From assembly GCF_018977255.1 (NCBI RefSeq), contig NW_024704742.1, positions 34,350,001 to 34,414,000 of the forward strand: a stretch of 64,000 nt of DNA, in the 5' to 3' direction. Positions 1 to 12,168 of this stretch are shown here, one piece after another. The position numbers and the translations under genes are program-made. Origin of the DNA: Callorhinchus milii. Its lineage: Eukaryota. Every line of letters begins with the position of its first letter. Positions within the stretch are counted from its first letter, which is position 1. The notes beneath the pieces are model-generated. The model was not told where the DNA came from and did not search any database. It saw nothing but the letters and a program-made list of their open reading frames with translations.

Positions 1-974
1 AGAATTGTGCTTAATTCTCTTAAACCTTGCAGGTCAAAAGGTTTAAAAATTATTTTTTGACACTATTTCTACCATTTGACAACAGCGTATATCACACTTT
101 TCAACATGCGCAAACAGAAAAGATACTTAGTGTCCCTTTTCCCTTAAATAAGTTGACAGCAGGTTTCAGTTCAACTTTGTTTTGCCCACTCTACGAGTAA
201 AATAGTGCAGTGTTGTCATCACTTAATCACGGTGTATGGAAACAGTGTATTAATTTATTAATTCCCCACAGGGAGTGTCAGCTTGATGGGATTTGTAATA
301 TTATTGTAAGTTTAAAGACTCTCCAGTTGCAGATTTGTTCTATGCCCAACATATGACAATGATTAGGACACTTTTGAAATCTGTTGACAGAGAAATGTTG
401 ATAAAGAGTACTTGTAAAGCTCTCTCTCTCTCTGTTTATTCTCACTTTCAGTGCAGTGATCATAAATCTATAAACCCAGTGGTCAGATTTTAAGTTGTGT
501 GCTGTAGGGATTATTTATGTTGCCCACTGCAAAGGAAAATCAATGCTTATTTGGTTGAAAATATATGAGTCCATTTTATGGCAGTGGCATGGCATATTTC
601 TCGAATATCCCTTTTACCATTTTGTAAATGTCACCTTCCCTCCACTTCATAACCTCTCACTTCTACCACCCTGAATGATGAATAGGCGGAAGGCAGGCAA
701 ATTGAACTACACAAGCTCCTGCATCAACAGCAGATATGCTGCTCTGGGGATTTGCAGGTGGGGTACAAATGTCTCATAGGACCAGTCTGAAACGGCTGCA
801 AGGTTTATGCTACACAATCATATCTCACATAATGCACATGAAGTCTTGACAGCATACATGTTGGGGTAATACCTGAGATTAAGATTTGAGATTAAGATTT
901 TTTTAATAGTATCCCTTCAGAAGGAATCTGAGTCACGCAAATGGGGACTCTTTCCGATAACTGGAGGCACACAC

Positions 975-1166
975 AAAAAAAACATTTGGTCACTCAATCC
1001 ACATCTGTTTGTGGAGGACTGCTGTGTGCAATTGGCTGCACGTTTTGCCCACAAACTACACAGTATATCCACTTTACAGTATATTCTGTGAAGCACTTTG
1101 AGACGTCTCAAGGACATGATAAGGCACTATTTCAAATGCAAGGATTGTAATATATATTATATTATA
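975..1166 (+). mobile_element. 5'-truncated SINE (family A body and (ATT)n tail)
   Basis: ggtcactcaatcc..ctgtttgtgg..gctgtgtgcaattggctgc..ctgtgaagcactttgagacgtc..aaatgcaaggatt matches the full-length copies at 12169 and 46756. Confidence 0.85.
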
Positions 1167-1482
1167 TAACACCTCGGCTAGCAGGGACAGCAGGAACCTA
1201 TATCTGGAACAGAATTCCTGTTGGATGAAGGAAATTCTAGCAGGATTCCTCATTAAAGAATCCTGTTAAGAAATACTGCAAATTAGTCATATCAAATTCA
1301 TTGAAAATGCACTTTGGAATTTCTATGTAGTATATGAGATTGTCATGAGATAAACAAACCTTTGTAATCTGAATTGCTCCATGAAGCAAAAAGTGCTTTC
1401 AAATACAGAATGATCTTCCAGTCAGAAATGTTCACTGCAGGAGTGCTACCTTTACTAATATAGCATTGCATGGCTATTTTTA

Positions 1483-2190
1483 TCAGTCGGCCAGGCATCT
1501 GACTCATAAGGAAACCATAAACATGCTTAAGAGCATCCAACAACAACCACAAATTGCATTTATATAGCGGCTCTCACATCGACAAGATGATGACAGTCGA
1601 GGGTTTGCACCTGAGCTGGGGGTTGGATTCAGGATGGGTGGAGGCCAAGGGGAGTGGGGTTAGGGAGTAAAAGATGACCAAAGGAGTGGACAAAGAGGAA
1701 GGTCATGAAACGGACCTTGAAGGAGGCGAAGAAAGCAATGAGGCGAAGCGTCTCTGGGATGGAGTTCCAGAGAGTGACAGCAGCCCTGCTGAATGCCTGA
1801 CCCCTAATCCTGGGGCGGGCAGAGCAGGGGAAATGAAGCAGGTCAGTGCCTGCCAAGCGGAGAGAGTGGGTAGGTTGGTAGGATTTTAGAAGGTTGCAGA
1901 GGTAGGGTGAAGCAAGACTGTAGAGAGATTTAAAAGTGAGGACAATGATGTTGAACTCTATCCTTTGGGGAATGGGAAGCCAGTGGAGCTGCATGAGAAT
2001 AGGGGTGATAGGCTCATGGAGCCAAGTGCAGGAAAGGACATGAGCTGCAGAATTGTGAATAGTGTGCAGCTTGTGGATGGAAGACTGGGGGAGTCAAGTT
2101 AGCAAACCAAACTGAGAGTTTCAAGCATGCCAAGTGGAAGTTCTCATGTTTTGAAATGAAATGCACACAGACGGATCCTGTTTATTGCTT
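1483..2190 (-). repeat. Family X 3' part, split by an L2 insertion (pieces about 1483-1540 and 2102-2190)
   Basis: ccaggcatctgactcat..catgcttaagagcatccaa and caaaccaaactgagag..gatcctg join to match the uninterrupted copy at 2325-2480. Confidence 0.7.
1538..2095 (-). mobile_element. L2-clade LINE 3' fragment (ORF2 C-terminus, 3'UTR and tail)
   Basis: ORF 1629-1994 reads LHWLPIPQRIEFNIIVLTFKSLYSLASPYL..RGQAFSRAAVTLWNSIP, a typical L2 ORF2 C-terminus. A (TTG)n-like tail lies at about 1538-1550. Confidence 0.92.
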
Positions 2191-2311
2191 GTCTATATCT
2201 GCACCCACTTGTTTTATTTATTTACACTAAAGTGTTCATTGGGTTTCGTAAATAAGTGAAATAAGACATCCAAAAGAACCTCACCTTACATAATGAATTA
2301 CTTTTAAATAA

Positions 2312-2812
2312 TTTTTTTGGGTCAACTAGGTGTCTGACATGTGCAGAAATCAATCACCATGCTTAAGAGTATCCCAACCAAACTGAGAGAACCGTGCATC
2401 CCACCTACAGGTGGAGAATCCCAAGATATTTATTGTGATAGAATGAGCACTCTCTCTCTGGAGGAATGTATCCTGCTTACTTAATTCTGGAAAGTATTAG
2501 GAGCAGGTTAGCAAGAGCCAAAGCTTGGGGACCCCAGAGGGTACTATTGGAGTCTAATCAGCTAAAACCGCATAGCTTAGCATTGAAAGCACTGTCTGGC
2601 AAACTTTCCTGCTGCTTATCCAATTAAGACCACCCTATCTGTTAGGGCTTTGGCTTGCAGGGTTAACGGGAGCTGAATGGAAAGAATCCCTGTCCAAGTG
2701 ACTGGTCTGCCTTTCCAAATCCTGCTGATGAGCGAGGCTGGTTAGGCTGTCGTCGGCAGTGGGTTGGAGTACTGCGGACCTGACTGGCTCAGGCATGACT
2801 ACCAACAGTATT
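2312..2812 (-). repeat. Family X unclassified interspersed repeat, uninterrupted copy of about 500 bp
   Basis: Reverse complement is colinear with 15230-15841. Shared blocks include cagctcccgttaaccctgcaagccaaagccctaacag, gctatgcggttttagctg, ccaagctttggctcttgc and tgtcagacacct..tgaccaaaa. Confidence 0.85.
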
Positions 2813-2859
2813 GCAATCAACAAACAAGCAATTTTTATTTGTATCAAGATTTAAAAAAG

Positions 2860-3150
2860 AAAATAACCCTTGCATTTGATAAAGCACCTTGCACATCATG
2901 CAGATGCCTCCAAGCACTTTACAGGACTATTTAGCAGGCAAATGTGGCAGCTAATGCGCACCCAGAAATGTCCTAAAAACAGCTATGAAGTGGCTGACCA
3001 GTTTCATTTGGGGGATTTGTTGGCCGAGACCCAGAAGAAATTCCCTTCTCTTTTCGAATTGTGCCACAGGACCCTTAACATTCATCTGAACTGGCAGATG
3101 CGTCCTTGATTTAGCGTTTCGTCTGAAGGAGAACATTGGAGTGTCAGCAT
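2860..3150 (-). mobile_element. Deu-domain SINE, partial
   Basis: Reverse complement of the tail (ccttgcatttgataaagcacc) followed by a Deu-like core (cttctcttttcgaattgtgccacaggacccttaacattcatctgaac..ttgatttagcgtttcgtctgaa). Confidence 0.7.
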
Positions 3151-3339
3151 GGAAGCATCACATACCTCTTCTTGTATGCAATAAACATTCAATTTGTTTC
3201 AAGTACTGGAGAGGAAGAGAAAAATCCCGACTTTGTGGATGTCACACATTGCTATAAATGATCCTGTAGCTATTTTGATATCAACAAAGGTAGTTGACTT
3301 GGCCTGAATTACGTAGAACAGAGTTCAGTGCTGAAGTGT

Positions 3340-3790
3340 CTCTAATTGAAGCAGGAAACTCTGGCTGGTTCCAGATTAAAATTGAGATTAGGTGGCCAGT
3401 GATACATTGAAGTCAATAAATTGTTGAGGCAAACTTTGAGCAAGGAAGGGGACTTCATCTCAACATCAAAGAGATTTGGAAATAGCCACTAATTTACAAC
3501 GACCCTGATTTTACAAATGACACCATACTGCTATCAGATACCAACACAAGCATGCAGGAAATTGCAAACATTCTATATGAGTCAACAGCCAGGATAGGTT
3601 ACATAGGAGGCAAAGAGAGGAACAATGTGCTGTGAGTAGAGTTCTACATTTATCAGTGCTGACACTGTGGAGCCAAGGACAATTACAGGAAATGAATACG
3701 GTACATCTGTAAACTTAGGTTTCACGGATAACTAGTAATGGACAGAATGAAGAACTAGGGTGAAGACTATTGGGATGTGGGTTAACAAAT
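3340..3790 (+). mobile_element. Ancient RTE-clade LINE reverse-transcriptase fossil
   Basis: Hand translation gives GNSGWFQIKIEIRW, YNDPDFTNDTILLSDTNTSMQEIANILYESTARIG and (frameshifted) NLGSRITSNGQNEEL. These resemble RTE motifs S.WF.V..GVRQG, DLDFADD..LL....MQ....L...A..IGL and YLGS.I...G in the correct order. Confidence 0.65.
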
Positions 3791-3999
3791 GAACAAATTC
3801 AATTCAAATGTAGTTCAACATGAAAAAAAAGTTACATTGTTTTATAATATATTAAAGCTGCATTTGTCATGTAATGTTACAAATGCAAATTGTGACCAAC
3901 CAGCAAAGAAGTAATTTACAAATCAGAGGGGTTACAATTGTATTACACCTAGACAATGCTTGAAAATGTTCATAGGTCTCCCTTCTCATCTCTAACCAT

Positions 4000-4098
4000 G
4001 GAAAGAACCCTCCCCAGGCTTACGCAAGCCTTATAAGCACCTTGGGATGTCTTCCTGACATGAAAGGTACTATATAAATGCAATTTGTTGTTGTTATT
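4000..4098 (+). mobile_element. L2 3' tail fragment
   Basis: aagcaccttgggatgtcttcctgacatgaaaggtactatataaatgcaatttgttgttgtt matches the L2 tails at 18085-18160 and 46565-46624. Confidence 0.75.
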
Positions 4099-4249
4099 CA
4101 TGGGATACTACCCTAACTTCAATTGTTTTAGACAATACCAGTATCAGAAGTCGAGTGGGAGATTTCAAAATACATTTTATTGACATTTCTTAAATAAAGA
4201 TTAAATGTGTTTTGGAATTTCCCCAATTTTGAACCCAATGAACACACAA

Positions 4250-4450
4250 ATTAAGGAAAAGAAGGAAGCCACTCAGCCCATGAAATCTAGAATGGTACTA
4301 GTTCTTCCAATGGAACTCACTACTCTAATCCTATCCACTGATCTTTCTTTGTACCCATTTATATTTTTGCATTTTCAAATGTTTATCTAATGCTTTTTTA
4401 AATGATGCTGTGATCTCTGCTTAATAGTTATTCCAATGCCTAATAAACCT
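4250..4450 (-). mobile_element. Decayed CR1 LINE 3' end
   Basis: gaaggaagccactcagcccatg..tttatctaatgcttttttaaatgatgc resembles the reverse complement of a CR1 3'UTR. Confidence 0.5.
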
Positions 4451-4650
4451 GTAAATGCACGTTGAGGTGTTTTGATGTAATAGACGCGATATCAAATGAA
4501 AAGATTATTATGATGATATGAAAATGTTCCTTCTAATATGCCCTTTCCACTGACAATTCTGATTGTATTATACAACGAGCTAACTATTAAGGCTGAACAT
4601 TGACCCGATTTAGAAGCTGGTAAGATTTGATTCTTTGCCAACTAATTTAA

Positions 4651-4865
4651 CTAATAATAATCCCTCCAAAACCAAAAACAATAATAAATTGGTCATTTTC
4701 AATCTTACACTGTTTGTGGGACATTGCTGTACGCAATTGGCTGCCGCGTTCGCCCACAAATATACAGTCAATTCACTTTACAGTGTGTTCTGTGAAGCGC
4801 TTTGGGACGTCCTCCCGATGTGAAAAGCGCTATATCAAATGCAAGGATTATTATTATTATTATTA
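4651..4865 (+). mobile_element. 5'-truncated SINE family A, young subfamily
   Basis: Nearly identical to the reverse complement of 46756-46975 and ends in an (ATT)n tail. Confidence 0.93.
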
Positions 4866-5221
4866 ATATATAATATATATATTCTAGCCTGCTTACATAC
4901 AGTCAATGTTTTGGCAACTTTAAATCAAAATATTTGCCAGCATTTACTTTGAAAATCTAAAATATGTATATATTATTAATTTGCTGAAACTCTCTGGTGG
5001 ATCCACAAATCAAGAAAAGTTCACAACAAAGGTCTGCTATACGTCCTATCAATATAAGCAGACAAAGTCTTGTCTGCAGACTTCAGGTGATCAGTCTAAG
5101 TGGTCTAAGAATGCAATTGAGCTACCTTCAGTTCACACCAACATGTCCGATGCACAAGCTGTTATAACTTGTCAACATTTCTTGGTAAAGAGAATTTTCT
5201 GTGTCAACCTAGTTCAGTTAA

Positions 5222-5595
5222 GGTGTCATCTTGGCTCAGTCGGCAGCACTCTCACTTCTGAGTCAAAAGGTTGTGGGTTCAAGCCCCAAATCAGGATTTG
5301 GAAATTATATAATTTAGGGTGACACTCAAATGCAGTGCTGGTGGTGTGCTACTTTTTTNGGAGGTGCCATCCTTCAAGTGAAATGTTGAAATGAGGTCCC
5401 ACTTGCCTATTCATGTTAATGTTAAAGATTGCATGGCATTGAAAAGTGAAGGGAGTTTCTCCCGATATCCTAGTCAATAATCTCCCAGATACAATCTATT
5501 CACTCCATATCTGTTTGTGGAGAGATTGTGCGCAATTTGTCTGCCACTATACTTCAGAGCAAGTCCTGTGTAGTGTGTTGACAAAGTGATAAATA
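5222..5595 (+). mobile_element. Deu-domain SINE with tRNA-derived head (SacSINE1-like)
   Basis: A-box tggctcagtcgg and B-box ggttcaagccc, then the Deu-like core gtgctac..ggaggtgccatcctt..gaaatgttgaaatgaggtccc..gttaaagattgcatggca..gggagtttctccc. Confidence 0.8.
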
Positions 5596-5639
5596 CAGTA
5601 TTTTGTGCATGCAGACTTATTGTGCAATAAAGTAATCAT

Positions 5640-5945
5640 TGAATTTGATATAGAACCTTTCACATTGAGAGGACATCTCAAAGTGCTTCACAGAATTTAT
5701 TGTAAAGTGTGGGTTTTTTTAGTTGAAACAGTAGCCAATTTCGGCCCAATAAACAACAATAAAGTGAATGATAATTTTTATCTGGAGAATTGTTAACCAG
5801 GGACAAAAAGGAAAGCTTGACCTTTTAAGCAGTGTCATGGGAATGTTAACATCCCCCTGGACAGTTTCATGGTTTAATATCTCATGAGAAGCAAAGTATC
5901 TCTCATAATGCAGCACTCCCACTGTACTGCAATGGAGCATCAGAC
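5640..5945 (-). mobile_element. Deu-domain SINE, decayed partial
   Basis: Reverse complement of the tail and core (agtgtcatgggaatgttaacatcccc..ggtttaatatctcat..ataatgcagcactccc..tactgcaatggag). Confidence 0.7.
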
Positions 5946-7419
5946 TCCATGGTTATTTGGGGAGTGGTAATGGAGAAAAAAAACAGTTTCTCCCTGTTCA
6001 TGCAGTACGTCATCTCATTGTTTTGATTTGACTGTCTGCATTTTCATTCCAAGGACCGAGGAGACTGACTGCAGAGGCAACAGGAGATCCAATGGCAAAG
6101 AAAGGTCCAGCAAAGTTTGCAATGGTACAATTGGAATCTTTTCATGTTGGTGGATGGAAGTCCATCTCTGCCAACAAATGTACCACAAAAAAGGCATTGA
6201 AGTAAAACAAGTTGTGAAAAGTTGGCTCTATAGCAACAGTGGAGCCAGATTTCCCATTCAAAGGCCAAACCATAAACCAACAGTCCAATATATTGAACAA
6301 TCTTGTCAAATGGAAACATTCCACAGTAATAGCTGATAATTATTGCAAGTTCCTGTTGATGTCTCTCAAGGAGTTGTGAATCAACAATGCTGACTACTGT
6401 TACAAGAGGAAGATGAGGTGTCCAAATTAACACAATCCCAAGTCGACAGTGGTATTAGGCAATAGCATTCTAATCATATTACTCATTCTGTCAATTTTAA
6501 TACAATTGAAGTTTTGTAACAAACGTCCCTTATTTACAACTTACACTTAACTCTTAGCATATTAAATCAATTGCCTTAGCATTGGCAAAACAAATTTGAT
6601 CACATCAATCCGCAGGCTTCATTTGATGATAGTAAACTAATTTTAACTTCTTTAGTTAGCTCATGGTCTATTCCTTTAGAAAATCTAGTTCACTGATATA
6701 CAGTTACAACGTTTTACAACAGCTTTGTAAAACATAACCAAAGATAAACTTAGAAAACTTGGGTTAAATCCGAATTGTAAAGCAAGTAAAACATTGAAAT
6801 GATTAAAAATGTTTACAGAATTACAATGCAGTCATTTTAGTAAAAGGAACAGTGTGCCAGTTTTCCACATATGTGGATTTGTTTCACTCTGTGTACACAA
6901 AGCGCACTTCTATATGGTTTTCATCTGTAAATTTTGAATTAAGGCATATTATCTTGAGAGTGAGTAATAAAAGTGCTGTATTTAAATATTTTAAAAGCAT
7001 GTTACAATTGAATTAATACATTTGCATGTTGCCATAGGTAGTTATTAAGTTCATAAAAATATACTCTTTGCCACAGAAATAATGAAATGCAAATTTAGAG
7101 AAGGGAACTTTTTTGTTCCTTTTCTAATCAAGTATTGGAGGAAAACCGGTTAAAAGTTCCATTTCCAAGTGGAAATTTTGGACTTCTAGATGATAACAGT
7201 TGTAATAATCCTGCATTTGATATAGTGCCTTATCATGTCAAAAAGTTTCAAAGCACTTTACAGAGGCTTTTATTTGTAAAGTAAAGTGACAAAAGTGGAA
7301 GCCGATTTGCACCCACCAATGTTTTTTGAATACCCATGAAGTAAATTACTTTTTTTTAAATCTGGGGTTAACCTACTGGTTGCAAACACCAACCTGCTTC
7401 ATGTCTCCCCCACATTCCC

Positions 7420-7706
7420 CCCCATGATCTGTCCCACTATCAGTGGGCAAGCTTTCAGCCCCTCTGGCTATGCTGTCTGAAAACTCCATCCTCGAGTCCT
7501 TTCACTTTGCCAACTACAGAACCTGCCCTAAGATTTATCTTTTAGACTACACTTTCTGCCAACTTTCTTCTAACTTTTTTCCATCACTCCTCAACTTAGA
7601 GCCATACTCTCTCCCTTCTAGTCAGGCTCATAGTCAGTTGTGTGAAACCCTTTGAGATACTGTCCCAATGGAAAAGGCATCATACAAATGTAAAATGTTG
7701 TTGTTG
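7420..7706 (+). mobile_element. Old L2 3' fragment
   Basis: cccactatcagtgggcaagctttcagcc (the PTIGGRAFS region) through a tail ending aaatgtaaaatgttgttgttg. Confidence 0.7.
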
Positions 7707-10700
7707 ATAAGGTGATATAAAAATGCAAGTTCTTTCTTTCTTTTCAATGTTGAAAGAAGGTGCAAAGGAAGTTCATACATATGTAGTAAATGGCCTGGAA
7801 CTTTTGACAGGCCATAGGGTAGCAAGGCCTGTATGATTCATGCTGCTGTGTTTGTGCTGTAGGGGATGTGAATCCCACTGCACCCGAAAGCATCTTCTCC
7901 TTGAGAGAGCTCCAGTGTGGTTCAAGCTGCCTCAAACCTCATTTATACTGTATGTTTGGAAGTAAATTGCTGCCAAATATGCAGAATAAATTCAACGTTA
8001 ATAATAACCATCCACATTGCAGAACATAGCAAATAACACTTACCAAACATGATTGGCAGAATTAATAATAATGCAGTTTTAATTCTACCAGAATCAAATC
8101 ACCCTGTATGTTGTTTCAGCAACTACCAGGATCACAGTAAAAGTGTCATGTTTTATTTGCAATATCATAAATTTCGGAGTGAAAATAATTTGAGCTGCAT
8201 TCGGGTGTGAGGAGAAATAGAAACACTCTGCCATGTCGATCGTGAAATCACCAAATCATCCTTTCTTTACCAAACTATAGCTCTTTATTTGGGTCATTTT
8301 TGCTACCACTTTCAGTCGTGGGATTCAACTCTGTTGCAGAATAATTGTGTAAACCATGAAGGAGGGAGGTCAGAAACATAACAGAAGATCTTATTTCTGA
8401 GCTCATACAGATCAACAGGCATATGGAACTGCTAAAAATGGATTTGGAGCACTTTGAGAATGCCTTTGATCTGACTTTCTATCGTACTCTTACCCCTTCT
8501 GATAGTCTGTTTAATTATTTACGCTATTTTATGAATGACTCCCAATTCTCACAACTTGTATCCATTTAAAATAATTTCACTCAGCCTTTAAGTTTTGTTG
8601 ACCTCTTTATATAACCAATGTAGTTTGGACCTCATGATTTTTTTTACTTTTCTTTAGCGATATCGGGTCAACATTCTCGGAGCCAAACGTTGAATGAGTT
8701 AATGTCATTTTGGAGGTTTTTCTACAAATCAGCTCAATTATGCTCCGATATTGAAGGAGAGAAGTGTATATCTTCCCAATAAATTTATAACAAGTGGTGA
8801 AGCCAATCAGAGCCTGGTGTGTGAGGGGCCCTCTGACCCCAGAGTTAGTAATATTACTGGCTCCCATCACTGAGCAATCATGCAACAAGGAGGAGCTACT
8901 CAAGGCTGCAGCACAGAGTCAATCAACCCAATGAGTCACTAACAAATGATTGGAATCTGAGTATGCTCCGTTGCCTTCAGGAACCAAGTAGCCACTTCTC
9001 CTTCACCCTGAGTATTGCATCATGAGAACATAATAACATTGTCAACCACCTGCACAGGAGCCCTGACCATTTAACATGTACTATTATAATCCTTTTTTTC
9101 TCCTCCCGAAATTACATCATCGATCCAACTTCACCTATTTTAACGCATGGAATTTCGATCCAGTAATGAGGGATATCTGTCAGTAATTTTGAGCTTTGAA
9201 TGAACAGTATTTTGTTTTTACTTATGTTAAACCGATCTTCTTCTCACCTGATTGTTACTGTCTGGTTGAAACTACTGAAGTCTGTCTTCAACTTTCAACT
9301 TTCTCTTGAACTCATCTGCTGAAACTAATCCAGTCATTACTCTTTGTTGTAAAATAAGAGAGTTGACCACTGAATGAAGAAACGAGAAACCTAAACGTTT
9401 AAAAAGACCAGCCAGGGCTCCTGAAGAATATTTGCACAAACATCTCATCACATTCACCACATGGAACATTGGGATCTCATTGTGTACATTAGACTGCTTT
9501 ATGACCACAAAGTGTCTCTGATATTTTATATCCAAAATGCTTTTCAATCTTTTGATTCAATTTATGCTGTAGATTTCTTTCCTGTTTTATGTTTATGTTG
9601 ATGGTTGGGTATATTTCTGTAAACCTTATTTTTTACTTTTAGTTGTGGTATTTCTCTTTTAATTACACTTTGCTCATCATTTAGTGGAGTCTGTTTCAGC
9701 TTTCTCAAGTTCCTCTGGTTTCTGTTCCAGCAGCTAAGTGCTTTAACAGTGCTTTACAGTCCTGTACTTTCTAGATATACAATGTAAACATCATCTTTTG
9801 AGGTATATTTGTTTTCTCTAAGCAATCTGGTATGCTTTTTACTTCTTCAGAGTTCATTTAGATCTGTTCATATTAAGCTCCATGTACTGTTCATTTATGA
9901 CTTTCTTGTTCTCTCCCATGTATATTTCCTAGCCCAGTTATGGCCTCCTTTCCAAACATACCATTTGCAGCCTGTAATTCTGCAGCTGTTTGATCAGCTT
10001 CTATTCTTTCCAACTTTCGAACATACAAAGTGATGTTAAATTAATTGTGGAATCTCAGTGGATGAAGCTGTATTGCATTTATTGGAGGTCAAAATTGGGG
10101 TGGAATATTTCTAAATCATTCCTTTCCCTAATTATTGTTGGTGATGGTGGAGTAGAAGTTCCACCTGGGTCTAGGTTTCCTCTATGTATGTAACGTTTCA
10201 GAGTACAAAATTTGCCAAATTCTAAATACAGCCTTAGTTTTTAGGCTGTCTTTTTGTAAGTTTTTTTAAAAACTATTCAAAACCAACTTCAAAGATAAGA
10301 CTGAACTTAACAACATGCCAAATTCTGGAAGATCTAAAGTGCTACACAAACAGTGGAAATCTAAACTCTGCTGGAATTTCTCCCCATATGCGTTTAGAAA
10401 TTTCTCCTTTCAACTATCACTTCCAATTTAATTGCAAACTTAGATTTTGCTTCTACTGACCAGTGAAATGTACAGTAGATATCTTACAATCTGTATAGAT
10501 GTATCAAAATTATATATGGAAGTTCAGAAAACATAATATTTATTGTAATATTCAATACTTCAGATCTTTGGCTCAGTTTTCTAATGCATGGTACAAATCC
10601 AAGCAAAAATATTATAAAGTCTGATTTATATCTACTATCATTTCTGTTTGATTTCTGAGAGAAAAGAATATTGAATATGCCAAGGACCTGAGGATACTAT

Positions 10701-11579
10701 TTGCAACCTTTGGGGCCATGAATTCCCCTACATACACGTTGAAAAAATGCCTGTGTGCAGTCCATATAATGTAATGCAACAGCCCTATTTTGAAGCAATT
10801 TTCTTTTAACAGAGGGAAAGTGATTAACTCACACGTACATTGGACTCCTGTCGAGAACTGGAATCCAATGATGTTTTGTTAATGCTTGTGCTCATAAGTA
10901 AAATAAATAGCCAATGTGCACAGATGCTACTTGCACATGATTCCACAAAGCTGTGAGTAAAGTAACTCAACTGACACCATGCAGGGTCTCTCCACCCTGG
11001 TTCTCACTGGCCTGAAGGCAAATTGAATTTTGCTATTACAACAGTTTGAATAGTTACTTCAGTGATATTGTATTTGTATCCAGCCCACCAAGGGAATCCT
11101 GGGAGAGCTTAAAAATAAAAAGTCCACACCTACGTAGTTGCTACTGAAACCACCTAAGCTTTTTATTGTTCATCTTTTACCTAGAATCCACTGGGTGTCA
11201 ACACAAAATGATTAAAAAGCAGATCTCATGATTACTAATTCTTTTATTTTAAATGTTTCAAAGATTTGTCATTAAAAGATTTATTTTTCCTGTTCAGTCA
11301 CGTTTTTGCTTAATAGTAACATGGAAAAATTACTAAACCCAGCAGTTTGAAGAACCAAAATCAATGTAATCAGAGGTACAGAATTTAAAACAGGGTGTTT
11401 CAGCAATTGTATCATTCCAACAAAGCCCATCAATTCATTTTCTTCACCCTACCAAGATCAATAGTTCCTTCAAGCCAGTTCCCTGATGATGTAATTAGCA
11501 CTCAGATTTCAACCAAAATACTCAGAAAATATTGTTCATGTTAAACATAATTCTTTGTATTTGTTTTCAATCCTTTGTG

Positions 11580-11940
11580 CCAGTCTCGGTAGTATGGATG
11601 CACAATACTCCAAGGCACAGGTCATAACAGCGTGGCTCATCAGCAAGACTTGGAGGGGCAGACCAGTCACTGGGGGTATGGATTATTCCCAGTCAGCTAC
11701 TTTAATAATGGGGCGCTCAGAGCTGGATGAACTCCAGAGGTATCCCAACACACATTTTGGAGTATGAAGCCAAAATGAGTTAATCTCTCTTCCAGGGAGA
11801 GAATGTGTGTTACATTTCAGACACACCAAAATTTCCATATATAGGTGGCAAACACTCGTGGAGCACTCAGCCCGGTTTGAATACTCTTATGCATGCCAGT
11901 GGTTTTCTGCGTGTGTCAGGTAAACAGCTAATCAAACGAA
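11580..11940 (+). repeat. Family X, decayed copy with internal deletions
   Basis: gctcatcagcaagacttggaggggcagaccagtcact, caacacacattttgg and gtttgaatactcttatgcatg..ttttctgcgtgtgtcag align with 15300-15840. Confidence 0.7.
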
Positions 11941-12168
11941 AATTCATTCCAGAATCCAGTTTTCTGTAGTTCTTAAAAGGAGCTATAGAAAATTGGCTTC
12001 ATTGGCTATGGACTGAATTGAAGAATTTTCTGAATATTCCTATTTTTTAAGATTGTGGTTTGAAGGCTAAGATTATGAGAAATTTCTGACCTAAGATTTT
12101 AATATTGTGTGTGTTTTTCTTGATTTAATTGTTTATCCTGTGTCATGTCTCATTGATAGCACACTTTT

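Noticed and set aside
2676..2735. GAAA...CTGATGAG in family X suggesting a hammerhead ribozyme
   Set aside because: GAAA is gaata in the copies at 11.7 and 15.4 kb, CTGATGA is not conserved at 15.3 kb and the stems do not pair.
2635..2847. ORF resembling a secreted prepropeptide (IKIACLLIAILLVVMPEPVRSA..), sharing FHSAPVNPASQSPNR with ORF 15092-15406
   Set aside because: It starts at TTG, not ATG. The shared C-terminus comes from both ORFs lying in family X copies, and the upstream reading frames differ between copies.
9272..10200. Possible decayed LINE ORF on the minus strand (weak RLQW-like motif near 9960)
   Set aside because: One weak motif that needs a frameshift is not enough to assign a family.
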